The position numbers and the translations under genes are program-made. This document shows, piece by piece, positions 53,854 through 63,366 of a stretch of 64,000 nt of DNA. The DNA is taken from IMG/VR virus record IMGVR_UViG_3300021431_000090, positions 32,001 through 96,000 of that record; one strand, written 5' to 3'. Numbering within the stretch: the stretch's first letter is position 1; every line of letters begins with the position of its first letter. A model generated the notes under the pieces. That model was given only the letters and a program-made list of their open reading frames with translations, did no database searches and was not told the DNA's origin. Source of the stretch: a virus (Duplodnaviria > Caudoviricetes).

Positions 53854-56416
53854 AATCCCCGTTCAGCCGATTTAATACAACATATAAACGTCAATGCCTT
53901 CTCCGTACCCAATATCGACTAATGTACTTACCATAAGAGCGACAGCTTCTTCGTGAAACTTCTTCGGGTCTTCATTTGAGTCTAGAATATCCTTCATTTT
54001 CTTTGCAAACCCTTCAGGCGTGATAGGTCCGTACTCATCTTTGCCGCCAGGCCACAAATAATCCATGCCAAGTTCCACGATTTCATCCCATGTACATTCG
54101 CATACATCCCGAAGCATATCCCTCACATAGGATTGTTCAGAACCCATAACGTCGTAGTTAATATAATCTCCAAGAATTTCAAGCGCTCTTTCTAATGTCA
54201 TATTCCTAATCCTCATCAATAATTACTTCTTCAAAGACTACGTCCATCACGCTATATTCCCCAGCATAATCCCAAGCTTTCTCCTGAGCTTCTCGTGCTT
54301 TCGTTTCAGTGGTATACACACCGATTATTTCGGCGATATCTAACAGATCAATATCACCTATCCAAGGATCAAACACTCTCGTAATTACGTAGACTTTCAT
54401 TTTTGATTTCCTCATCGACCGCCTTAGCGAATTCCTCTTCCGTCTTTCCCAAATACTTGCAGGTATCTTTTACTATGCCTTGGTAATAAGCGTTAATATC
54501 TTTCGGATAATGTCCTGCGAGGGATATGTATTTTACGAGATCATCCCATGGTTCCGCGCCATTTTTTAAGCAGTCTCTGCAGTACGAAGTTGTCATAGCC
54601 CCACAAAGAGATGAACGGCTCCATACCTCTCCAACTTTCCCACATACGTTACATCTACCAATTATCATTCTGACCTCATCTCTTTTAACGCATCATCAAT
54701 ATCTTTTTGCCATGATTCAAGCACAAACTCCATATCCTTCTTGGTTGATTCCTTGTTCTTGTATTTATCCTGAATCGAGAAGAAATGAATAATTCGCAAA
54801 TAGTCTAAATATGAATTCATATAAATATCTTTTTGCGCGTAGTACGGTCTACGCGTAGTATACACAAGGGTATACGGCATTGATAACGAGACAAGCAAAG
54901 GCTTTTCATAAATATAGTTATTCTCTATTAATTGCCATGCCTCTGGATTTGTGGAATAAACTAACTTAAATTGTCTGAAGTAGGTTTTGCATTCGTATCT
55001 TGTCTTCACTTTGTAGACAATAGTAGCTATTAAAAACCACACAAGAAGTCCCGTAAGAATAATACCAATTATTATTACTACGGTACTCATTTCTGTACTC
55101 ATTTTAAATCAGACCCTTTCGATTATTCTAGCTCATAAACCCAAATCCCGTTCTTATCTATACGTCCTATAAAATCCGCTCTAATATCAGTGTCAACTAC
55201 ATCAAGATCAAGTGTGTCGATTTGCCCATCATTAAGCATTGCTTCAAAATTTGCGACGGCTTCTTCTTTTGAACTAGCCTCTATGATGTAACTACCACGT
55301 AGCGTTTCCGTGTATTCCACTTTAAACATACTATTACCACCACATTGCCGGACATATTACAGCCCATATCTTTTCAGCTTCCATGACATATTCGCTTTGC
55401 TCGGAATCAAGCGAGTCATAATTGTATTCAGGTGAAAGTGCAAACTCAAGACGCTCGATCATCATATCTATCAGTTCAATCTGGCTGTACATTTTCCCAT
55501 CGTATTCCCACTTTTCTTCCGTCATATCAATGACCTGCTCTGCTTCCTTTTTGAACATTATTAAATGTTCGTACATCCACATGCGCCAAGTCGTATCGAG
55601 GTCATACGTTTCCCTAGGATCAACGTTGTAAAGGAACTTTGTCGCAAGACACTTAACAGTCCTTTTTAATGGACGAATCCATCCCTCTGGACGATATTTT
55701 CTTTTTAAACCAATTTTGTCGAGGTATAGTCTCATAATCCTCCTGTTACCATGCAATTCCGATTATAAGTCCCGCTGCGCAGCTCTCTAATATTATTACA
55801 AGCAACATAATGCAACGTATAATTATTGGCGCTTGTGTAAAAACCAGAATCCAGATCATAATCATTGATGCCAATATAATAAAAAATGCCTCGATCAAAA
55901 GACATACTTTCTCAATTGGCCTGCACTCTTCAAATATTTCCTTCAGGATCTCCATCGAAAACCTCCGTTATATTTTCAATTCTAGCAAAGTCAAACTGAG
56001 ACTCCTCACATAAGGCATTCCAGATAGAGAAGAGATCGTTTGCCATCTCTTGGAAGCTACCTTCTTCTATCTCTATTTCCGTTTCATCCCATACCGGATC
56101 TTCTGCGCCGCCGCCAAACTTTAAAAAACTAACATTATACGTATGTAAAGGCATATTTTCTCCTCGCATAATTATTCATTTTAAATTGAATCTCTGCTTA
56201 AACTTCTCTTTCGCCCTTGCTGCGTAATACTTTTCCTCATTTTCGCTATCGATTGCTGTTAAAACCCCTGCGGCAATCCATGAAACAACTAGCCAGACAA
56301 TTACCAACTCATATACCGATTCCCATCCGCTTGCAATTGATTGGAACATTATCGAAAGTGGAAGAGCCTTGATGAAAATACAGGCGTTTTTATACTTCGG
56401 TTTGTATTTTTCATCA

Positions 56417-57025
56417 TCAATGCTCATCAAATATGACCTGCTCCCCTTTCATTAATTCCCAACATCCGCCAGTTGTCGCAGCACACTTGGCGCAATTCCC
56501 GCCATATCTTGCACACGGAACTGCAGATGATCTGGCTGTTGTGGAACCATCTCGATATTTTACATGCGCTTCCGGTAATCCATATGGGTTGATCATTTCC
56601 AAACCTTTCCACCCGCTAAATATCAGGTGAAGATTTTCAGGGATTTGCACACCGCTAGCGATGAGATCATTTACATACTCGTATCTTTTTGTGAAGCACA
56701 GCATCTGGCAGTGCTTATTACGCTCGGCGATCTCAACCATTTTACGAAGGTACTTCTTGTCTGGAATATCACCGGACACATGCCAACGAAAAAATCGAGA
56801 CACCATGATGGCTGCCTCGACTTCTCTGAAGTATTTATCTGGATCACTTTTATATATCGCGTAATTATTTTTGTATGCGTTTCTTACATTTGGTCGCAAT
56901 CGTTCAAGCTTCAGTGCGTAGCACTGTTTTGCACACGGTACATTTCCGCATGTTACAACTGCTGGTAATGAAACGCTTGGGATAAATCCCATTTTAGAAT
57001 TTCCTTTTGAAATAGAAACATTCAT
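56417..57025 (-). CDS. Gp88-like Cys-rich phage protein
   Basis: 'GNSKMG..PS.SLP...TC...C...CYA', 'FRWHVSGD', 'FTK'. Confidence 0.65.
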   Translation of the reverse strand: MNVSISKGNSKMGFIPSVSLPAVVTCGNVPCAKQCYALKLERLRPNVRNAYKNNYAIYKSDPDKYFREVEAAIMVSRFFRWHVSGDIPDKKYLRKMVEIAERNKHCQMLCFTKRYEYVNDLIASGVQIPENLHLIFSGWKGLEMINPYGLPEAHVKYRDGSTTARSSAVPCARYGGNCAKCAATTGGCWELMKGEQVIFDEH

Positions 57026-57774
57026 ATAATTCGCTCAATCCTTTCGTAAATACACTCATATTGCGGCGATCCGTACCAATCCCTGTGATAGTGCCCAAAA
57101 ATCCAGCGCTTAAAGCTATTGTCTGTTGCTATCTCATTGAAGTACTGAGTCTCAATATCCGGCTTTTTAAAGCCCATTGACGAAGCAACGAACTGAGGAC
57201 AACAATGAGTTATAATGAAATCTACTATATTCCTGCATTCGCTAAGTGTTTCCCGCCCACGTTGCATTTCTTCTTCCGACGGGAGTTCCTCTTTCCACCA
57301 TGAAACGTGGTTGATACGAAACATTTTCCCTGCGAGATACCATTGTTTGATAGCGTCATAGAACTCCTTCGCGCTTCCGAAATCATTGAGGTCAAGAATC
57401 CCGTCGCGAATGTCATGACTTTGTGCACCGCCGAAACACCAGAACTTTTTCCCATCAAACTCAAATACATACCCCCGCATCAAATGATATACATTAGCCT
57501 TAATTTTGTGTGCTTTCCCGCCGTGGAAATCCACTACCTTAAATTCACTGTACAATCTGTCAAAATTTTCATGGTTGCCATCGACAAAACAAATTGTGAA
57601 CTTCTTCCTTGACAACCATTTCAACCACCATTCTTCTTCATTTCCGCCGTTCCAAATACCAAAATCCCCGCAAACGATCACAATGTCGTCGCGGGTCATT
57701 TCTTTTTGATCTGGGAAATTTTTTGTCGAGAATCTATGGTATTCACCGTGGCAATCACCTGTCACATAAACCAA
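57022..57774 (-). CDS. Calcineurin-like metallophosphoesterase
   Basis: 'TGDCHG', 'CGDFG', 'DGNHEN', 'ITHC', 'FGHYH'. Confidence 0.9.
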   Translation of the reverse strand: MVYVTGDCHGEYHRFSTKNFPDQKEMTRDDIVIVCGDFGIWNGGNEEEWWLKWLSRKKFTICFVDGNHENFDRLYSEFKVVDFHGGKAHKIKANVYHLMRGYVFEFDGKKFWCFGGAQSHDIRDGILDLNDFGSAKEFYDAIKQWYLAGKMFRINHVSWWKEELPSEEEMQRGRETLSECRNIVDFIITHCCPQFVASSMGFKKPDIETQYFNEIATDNSFKRWIFGHYHRDWYGSPQYECIYERIERII

Positions 57775-57797
57775 TTACATCCCTCCCTGACTAAACT

Positions 57798-58237
57798 AAA
57801 AGCCTTCTGCATAAAGCAGAAAATATATTTGAAAGTTTGTGTTTTAAAACGACGAGAAACTCGTCTAGAATTAATTGAGAATAATCTCAAAAGAAGTTAA
57901 ATATCAATTTTCCTTAGAGAGTCAAACCTCTATTTATTCTGGAATTATTTACTTGTCGGTTTACGAAATGCCTAACGGTTAGTGAATAACGTAGAACGAA
58001 GAGCGAATAATGTAGAATGAAGTATGGTTGTTGAAACGCATATCGATCTTCAGAATGGTGGAACACTCAGGTATTATCATGCCTGAAAAGTCCCTAAATA
58101 TGTATTCACAAAGCGTATTTTATATTATATAAAATCTGCTTATAAATCCTGCGTATTCGCAAGTGACCAGTTAACGTACTGCCAGACGAAAACACCAAAC
58201 GATCTCATAAATCTTCTGCTTTATGCAGAGGGCTTTT
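57798..58237 (-). ncRNA. Candidate ~440-nt structured RNA closed by a 24-bp terminal stem, with internal heptamer repeats
   Basis: Inverted repeats 57798-57821 and 58214-58237 (23/24 match); no convincing ORF; heptamer run 57974-58022; strand inferred from the upstream gene. Confidence 0.6.
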
Positions 58238-58251
58238 GCCCTCAAGTGTTA

Positions 58252-58878
58252 TTACGCAATAAACTTTTCTGCGTAATCTGCAATTACATCCTCATAATCC
58301 TCGTCCACATCAAACGGGGGTGTATAGAATACCTCTGTATTCACCATATACGAATCAATTGTTTCAGAGATCTTATCAGCGTCAGTTGCAAGCCTGCGAG
58401 CCATTGCCTTATCTGCTTTTCGATTAAACAATTCCTCACCGGTTGTCTCAATCGTATATGTATACGGAACTTGATTTCCCTCTACATTAAATCTGTAGCC
58501 TGTGCCATTGCTCTTGGATTTCTTCGGCTTATTTTCAAGCATATATTTAAGTGCGCTGACTGCTTTTCTCCTGAATTTATTTGCCTCGATCTCAGCGTCG
58601 ACATCCTGCGGTAAGCCGCGCTTTGCATTCCCGATCGCAATGCTAAGCATTTCTTTTTGCTCGATTAGATTTTCAATAAAAGAAACCACAATATCATTCT
58701 TGATAAACTCATCGACGTCAACTACCTCTTCGATATCCGCATCTTCTGGGTTTACCTCTGACTTCTTGTGCAGTCTTTTTGTTAGAATGCAGTGTTCAGG
58801 TCTAATGATACTGCTGCAAGCTCTCGACATAATCCGATCAAGATAGCTCTGGTATCTAAACGCTTCCTTTAAATTCAT
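58252..58878 (-). CDS. Uncharacterised coiled-coil-rich protein (MNLKEAFR...GYRFNVEGNQ) directly upstream of the ncRNA candidate
   Basis: 208-aa ORF with SD GGAGG. Confidence 0.75.
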   Translation of the reverse strand: MNLKEAFRYQSYLDRIMSRACSSIIRPEHCILTKRLHKKSEVNPEDADIEEVVDVDEFIKNDIVVSFIENLIEQKEMLSIAIGNAKRGLPQDVDAEIEANKFRRKAVSALKYMLENKPKKSKSNGTGYRFNVEGNQVPYTYTIETTGEELFNRKADKAMARRLATDADKISETIDSYMVNTEVFYTPPFDVDEDYEDVIADYAEKFIA

Positions 58879-59329
58879 AAAAATCCTCCAACGTATATAT
58901 TAGACGAGTTTATTCGTCGTCTACGATTTCTGTACCATCGCACACCCACGTGTACGATGTATCGCCATCAAGATATACTGTGATAGATGCCTGCCTAATC
59001 ATCATATCCTCAATCTTGTTTTTAAACCAATTTATGATGCTTTGATAGTCATAATAGTCACGCAAATCACCAAAAATAGATACAGTATATCTTGCAAGGA
59101 TGTTTTCCTCATCGGTTTCCCAAACCGACATCTTAAGCGAGCCTTCCGAGCCAAGCGGGAGATATTTTTCTGGATGATCTTCCGCATCATGCCATACTTC
59201 TATATCTGAATCAAAGCGGACTTCTTTCCCGAATTCCTTTTCGAAATCCATTTTCCCGAAACTGTCTACTCTTGCTATTGCTGCAACGTGAGTCCAAAAA
59301 GACATACCAAAAGTCTCCTATTTTTATAT

Positions 59330-59403
59330 TGGCAGAGGCAGTCGGAGTTGAACCGACACCGTGAGAGCCAAAATCTCATGTGCTACCGCTACACCATGCC
59401 TCG
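59330..59403 (-). tRNA. tRNA-Gln(UUG), CCA encoded
   Basis: Cloverleaf with anticodon arm TGAGA-TTTTGGC-TCTCA and T-arm GTCGG-TTCAACT-CCGAC. Confidence 0.88.
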
Positions 59404-59841
59404 ATTATTTGTCCCTAATAATATATGTATTTAGGGACATAGGATCAGAATTCTATTCTAATGAATTGGATGATTCGTCATCTTCCTCGTCATAAAACTC
59501 GTCTTTTATTCTCTTCTCATCACCAAAATATGAGATTCGTATATCGCTAAGCTTGTAGTATTCTATCGTATCAAACGACTCCCATGTGCAATCATCAACA
59601 AGCTTGAAACCAAGAAGCCACTCACCATATCCGAGATCAATTGCCTCCTCTAAACGCCCGAATTTGTAGTATCCGCCATCCTCATACACTGACTCATCTG
59701 GAAATTTTTCTTCCTGTTCATACGGGGTGAATATTTTCCTGTGCACAAGAAACCTGAATATTCTATCCTCCGCGTTGTCTAACATAAATGTTTCCAAATC
59801 TGTGATTACCATGTGGATTCCTTTCCTTTCTTTTTCTTAAT

Positions 59842-60198
59842 AATCATGTAATCTACATAGGTAGTTTAGCCGCCGGAAGACATCACCTTAGGACCGGACC
59901 CTGCTAACGAGTTCCTTCGCGTCCGGCTGCTCGCTCAATACAGGGGTTGTTAAGATGCCTCCCCGAGTAGTTTTTGTGTGAAATTCTTTGGCTTCGTCAG
60001 GATATTTCTTCTTCGTGGAGTCACACTCTTGGTGAAAGCCTTGGTTGATCAGCAGTTCTACTCGAGTTCGTAGAGCACGGTGCCCGCCATCGCTCTCCAG
60101 CTGCCTTCGTGAATTCCCCATCTCGTTCACTTATCAAATTATTACTTCTGCGAAACGCTAGAAGCTGCTTCAATAGAAACAAATTGCATTACATGATT
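59842..60198 (-). ncRNA. Retron-like msr-msd RNA, unit 1
   Basis: a2 AATCATGTAAT (60198-60188) followed by G60187; stem TGTTTC/GAAGCA; hairpin CTTCT-A-GCG-TTT-CGC-AGAAG (60164-60145); a1 ATTACATGATT (59852-59842). Confidence 0.7.
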
Positions 60199-60337
60199 TA
60201 TTGTTTACGTTTAGTTGGCTCATGCACTGCCGTCGCAGCATCGGAACCAAAACCATTACAACAATGTGAGGGAGGGCACATTGTTTTTTCTGGCGACAGC
60301 ATACCTGCCATTCAGCATGATTTGATCCTCACTTACG

Positions 60338-60414
60338 TGGTGCCGCCGGATGGATTCGAACCATCGATCATCCGATTATAAGTCGGAAGCTCAAACCATC
60401 TGAGCTGCGGCGGC
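60338..60414 (-). tRNA. tRNA-Ile(UAU), CCA encoded
   Basis: GCCGCCG acceptor stem, anticodon arm TCCGA-CTTATAA-TCGGA, T-arm GATGG-TTCGAAT-CCATC. Confidence 0.9.
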
Positions 60415-60419
60415 ATTTC

Positions 60420-60641
60420 CCTTGCAATCCGTGCGCCAAAAATAAGCTTGTATTTTTAGGGCGCATGCATTATCCTGCCATTTAGACGTAGCCTATTTGC
60501 GAGGCTTGCCGGGCGGCTTCCGCCGGGCAAATGAGCAAATAAGCGTACGGATAAATGCAGCTAACATTTTCATCCTTCTGCGAAACGCAAGAAGCAGTTG
60601 CAAATATGTAAAAGCTTCAGCAACTAATCTACATTGCAAGG
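60420..60641 (-). ncRNA. Retron-like msr-msd RNA, unit 2
   Basis: a2 CCTTGCAAT (60641-60633) followed by G60632; stem AGTTGC/GCAACT; hairpin CTTCT-T-GCG-TTT-CGC-AGAAG (60594-60575); long msd hairpin; a1 ATTGCAAGG (60428-60420). Confidence 0.72.
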
Positions 60642-60802
60642 TCTACCTGATATATATCAAGCCTTAGGCCTTGTTATATCCTATAAGTTTATCAAGTTCC
60701 CTGGAGATATCCTCGCGCCTCCGAGCGTCGATATCTTTCTGCTTCTTTTTCCTGTGCATAATTCGCCAGAGATGGAACCTCTCTTTTATTTCAGAAACCA
60801 AT

Positions 60803-61105
60803 TCAACTAACCGCATAAAAATCTCCTAAAAAAGCATAGAATTCCTCGTCTGTTCCAAATTGATCATCCGATTCTTGCGCATATACAAGCATCTCATCTG
60901 TCCACTTCCATTGATGCCCATCTATTTCTAGTTTGTAGAAAGACTCATTTGTGTCGATTGCGGCAACGGTTGTTTCAAGGTCGCTGTATTGAAGCATACT
61001 GCCGACAGCAAGATATGCTCCTATTCCAGAATCCATCTTGTATATTTCCTGATCTTTAAGATCAGGACGAACACGCACAGCATCGCCAACTCTGAATTTT
61101 GCCAT
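60803..61105 (-). CDS. Small SH3/KOW-like protein with acidic tail
   Basis: 'FRVGDAVRVRPDL...WKWTDEML...TDEEFYAFL'. Confidence 0.65.
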   Translation of the reverse strand: MAKFRVGDAVRVRPDLKDQEIYKMDSGIGAYLAVGSMLQYSDLETTVAAIDTNESFYKLEIDGHQWKWTDEMLVYAQESDDQFGTDEEFYAFLGDFYAVS

Positions 61106-61118
61106 TATTAATCACCGC

Positions 61119-61397
61119 CTATCCACACATTAACTCATTGAATAAGGTTTCAAATTCCTCGTCCGTTACGTTTACGACTATATCGTCCGCATATCCCTCG
61201 AACATTTCATCTGTCCACCAGTGCCCATCACCTTCGATTTTGTACTTTCTATCAGCACGTGATATAGTTACAACTTTACCGCGATATGAGAGCATTTCTG
61301 CAGTTACTATATCAGTGAGGATATTACTAAACATTTTATAGCGGTGATCCCATTGTAAATCCTCACGCACAACTACTTTGTCACCTACACAATACAT
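61119..61397 (-). CDS. Small SH3/KOW-like protein, paralog of 60803..61105
   Basis: 'VGDKVVVREDL...WWTDEMF...TDEEFETLF'. Confidence 0.65.
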   Translation of the reverse strand: MYCVGDKVVVREDLQWDHRYKMFSNILTDIVTAEMLSYRGKVVTISRADRKYKIEGDGHWWTDEMFEGYADDIVVNVTDEEFETLFNELMCG

Positions 61398-61400
61398 AAT

Positions 61401-61928
61401 CTACCCCTCACATCTCTGTATCGTATACCCGCCGAATTCTACTGGTTTGTCCGATCCGCGAACCTTCTGGAAAATTTCCTTGACTTTTGCAGCGCCCGCC
61501 GTAAAGCATTTGTTTTTCAAGATGATTTTTTGTGCGGACTCCATCGGGAGCTTTACCCCGTTCAATATCACATATACAATCCCAGCATCTTGTGGGTTAT
61601 TTTGTCTTGAATCATCGAGAGCCCGCTGGTTATTTTCCTCGGCAGTAACCCATTCAAGATTCGATAAGGAGTTATCTCGTGTGTTATGATTGATGTGATC
61701 GACTGTGAGCTTCGCATAATTTGGAACAGGTCTCCACGCCTCAAGAACAATCCTATGGACTTTCTTACCTTTGTAGAAAAGATATCCATCACTTGCGCAT
61801 ACACGCTGTGGTTCCCCATTAACATCTTTAATATTCCCCATGTTGGAAACATAGATATCAAGCGGTAGATAATACTTCCACCGCTCAATGCAGATATGTA
61901 GCTTTGGCGTAAACCTCCCAAATTTCAT
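61401..61928 (-). CDS. HNH endonuclease
   Basis: 'VHRIV...TVDHINHNTRDNSLSNLEWVT..EN'. Confidence 0.85.
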   Translation of the reverse strand: MKFGRFTPKLHICIERWKYYLPLDIYVSNMGNIKDVNGEPQRVCASDGYLFYKGKKVHRIVLEAWRPVPNYAKLTVDHINHNTRDNSLSNLEWVTAEENNQRALDDSRQNNPQDAGIVYVILNGVKLPMESAQKIILKNKCFTAGAAKVKEIFQKVRGSDKPVEFGGYTIQRCEG

Positions 61929-62672
61929 GATAGTCCTCCCAGATTATATACTTGTTACACTATTCCTACTTCGTAGATCGATTCATCAAGCAATGACTGG
62001 ATCTTATCTTTCAGCTCATCATAGTTTTTCCCGTAAATAACCGCATCATTAGATCCGACCTCGCAATGCTTGTTATCAAGCCTAACGTTACGATCGGACA
62101 GGAAATCCTCGAAGATATCAATGATCTGCCCGATAAGTTCCTTGCGATCCACTTGGCTCATATTATTCAACCTCAAAATCAACCATGGCAAGCGGGACAA
62201 TATCCATGTCCCAATTCATATCAGATGCGCTTTCGGCTCCAACGATTTCAAGCAATTCCTTCTGCGCTTTTTCGTTAAGATCATTGAAGTAAATGTTATA
62301 TGTGACACACATATTAATCCTCCTCGGTTCCTATAAGCAGCCATTCATCTGTTGTCGCATCATATGGATGCCATTCATAATGTTCACGAATCATAACAAA
62401 CCTCCGATTATTGACGCCATAAATCCCTGGCGCAATTCGTCCAGTACGCCGCTCTCTTGAAATCGGTGTAGCAACCCGGTTTACCTTCCATTCCACTCTT
62501 GAGATGATACTGAGCGGAAGTCAGATATTCCCGCAAAGCATCACCGGAAATCAGATTCATTATTTTGAACCGGATTGACCAGTGTGGATCAAGATAAAAA
62601 TCCAAGAAGAACACATCCCAGATTTTATCCCGCAAGCTTGAAAACAATTGTGCTACATTGCTGAATCGCTTC

Positions 62673-62972
62673 TTATTCACAGCGCACTCCTATAATCAGC
62701 TCCATAAGTTCATCGAATGTGCACGGTTCAAAGTCTTTTTCAATTACAAGTTTGAGTATTGATTCCTCGCAGTCCCAACCCTGTCCGTCTTTGCAGGTAT
62801 GATCGCAAGTGTGACCATTTATATCACGACCCCAGTCAACATGAACCCAGTGGCTGTACTCTGTATAGCCCATTACAACACCAATATCACCCTCGACGAG
62901 GTGTTCATTACTATCTGGATGATCTTTCAAGAGTATCACCCTGTCCCCGATATTAAATTTTTCCCTATCCAT
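62673..62972 (-). CDS. Small SH3-like protein with a GHxCxxxC motif
   Basis: 'IGDRVILLKDHP...GHTCDHTCKDGQGW'; ATG overlaps the end of the upstream paralog. Confidence 0.6.
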   Translation of the reverse strand: MDREKFNIGDRVILLKDHPDSNEHLVEGDIGVVMGYTEYSHWVHVDWGRDINGHTCDHTCKDGQGWDCEESILKLVIEKDFEPCTFDELMELIIGVRCE

Positions 62973-63264
62973 TGTGTGACCCTCCGCAAATAAATGAGAG
63001 AAATTCCTCATCAGAACACGCGCTGTCATAATCTTCCTGATCAACCTTCTCTAATGTATCAATTGGAACATTCCAACCATACCCTGTCTCACATCTCCCA
63101 TAGCAATCGTGACCGTATATATACATGTCAAAACGCACACCTACCCAGATATCACCGTATATATTGCCAAGATTAACGACTGTTCCTTCATCTCCAATAC
63201 CAAGCCGAAAATTACCAGCGGGATGATCTTTGATAAGTCTTACTCTATCATTGATTTCGAGCAT
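62965..63264 (-). CDS. Small SH3-like protein with a GHxCxxxC motif, paralog of 62673..62972
   Basis: 'INDRVRLIKDHP...GHDCYGRCETGYGW...SDEEFLSFI'. Confidence 0.6.
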   Translation of the reverse strand: MLEINDRVRLIKDHPAGNFRLGIGDEGTVVNLGNIYGDIWVGVRFDMYIYGHDCYGRCETGYGWNVPIDTLEKVDQEDYDSACSDEEFLSFICGGSHNG

Positions 63265-63366
63265 TGTTACACTCCTTGCAATGGTTTGCTATAACAGCAT
63301 CGAGCTGTTCTTGCGTTAACTCGTATGGGTATTTCTCTGACAGTAAATACATCATCTCATGTCACC

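Noticed and set aside
57974-58022. CRISPR array or iteron origin
   Set aside because: The repeats are contiguous degenerate heptamers with no spacers, and there are no cas or rep genes nearby. No CRISPR array was seen anywhere in the window.
57798-58237. Third retron msr-msd unit
   Set aside because: It lacks the TGYAAT-G arm and the CTTCTWGCGTTTCGCAGAAG hairpin near its 5' end, so it is treated as a separate element.
21526-59437. Recurrent ATATATGTATT-like motif upstream of int, tRNA-Gln and elsewhere
   Set aside because: It is short, AT-rich and has few copies, so it cannot be distinguished from chance without a statistical motif search.
59888-60130. 80-aa ORF on the - strand
   Set aside because: It has no clear SD or recognisable domain and lies wholly inside the a1/a2-bounded structured unit. 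More likely incidental, though not excluded.
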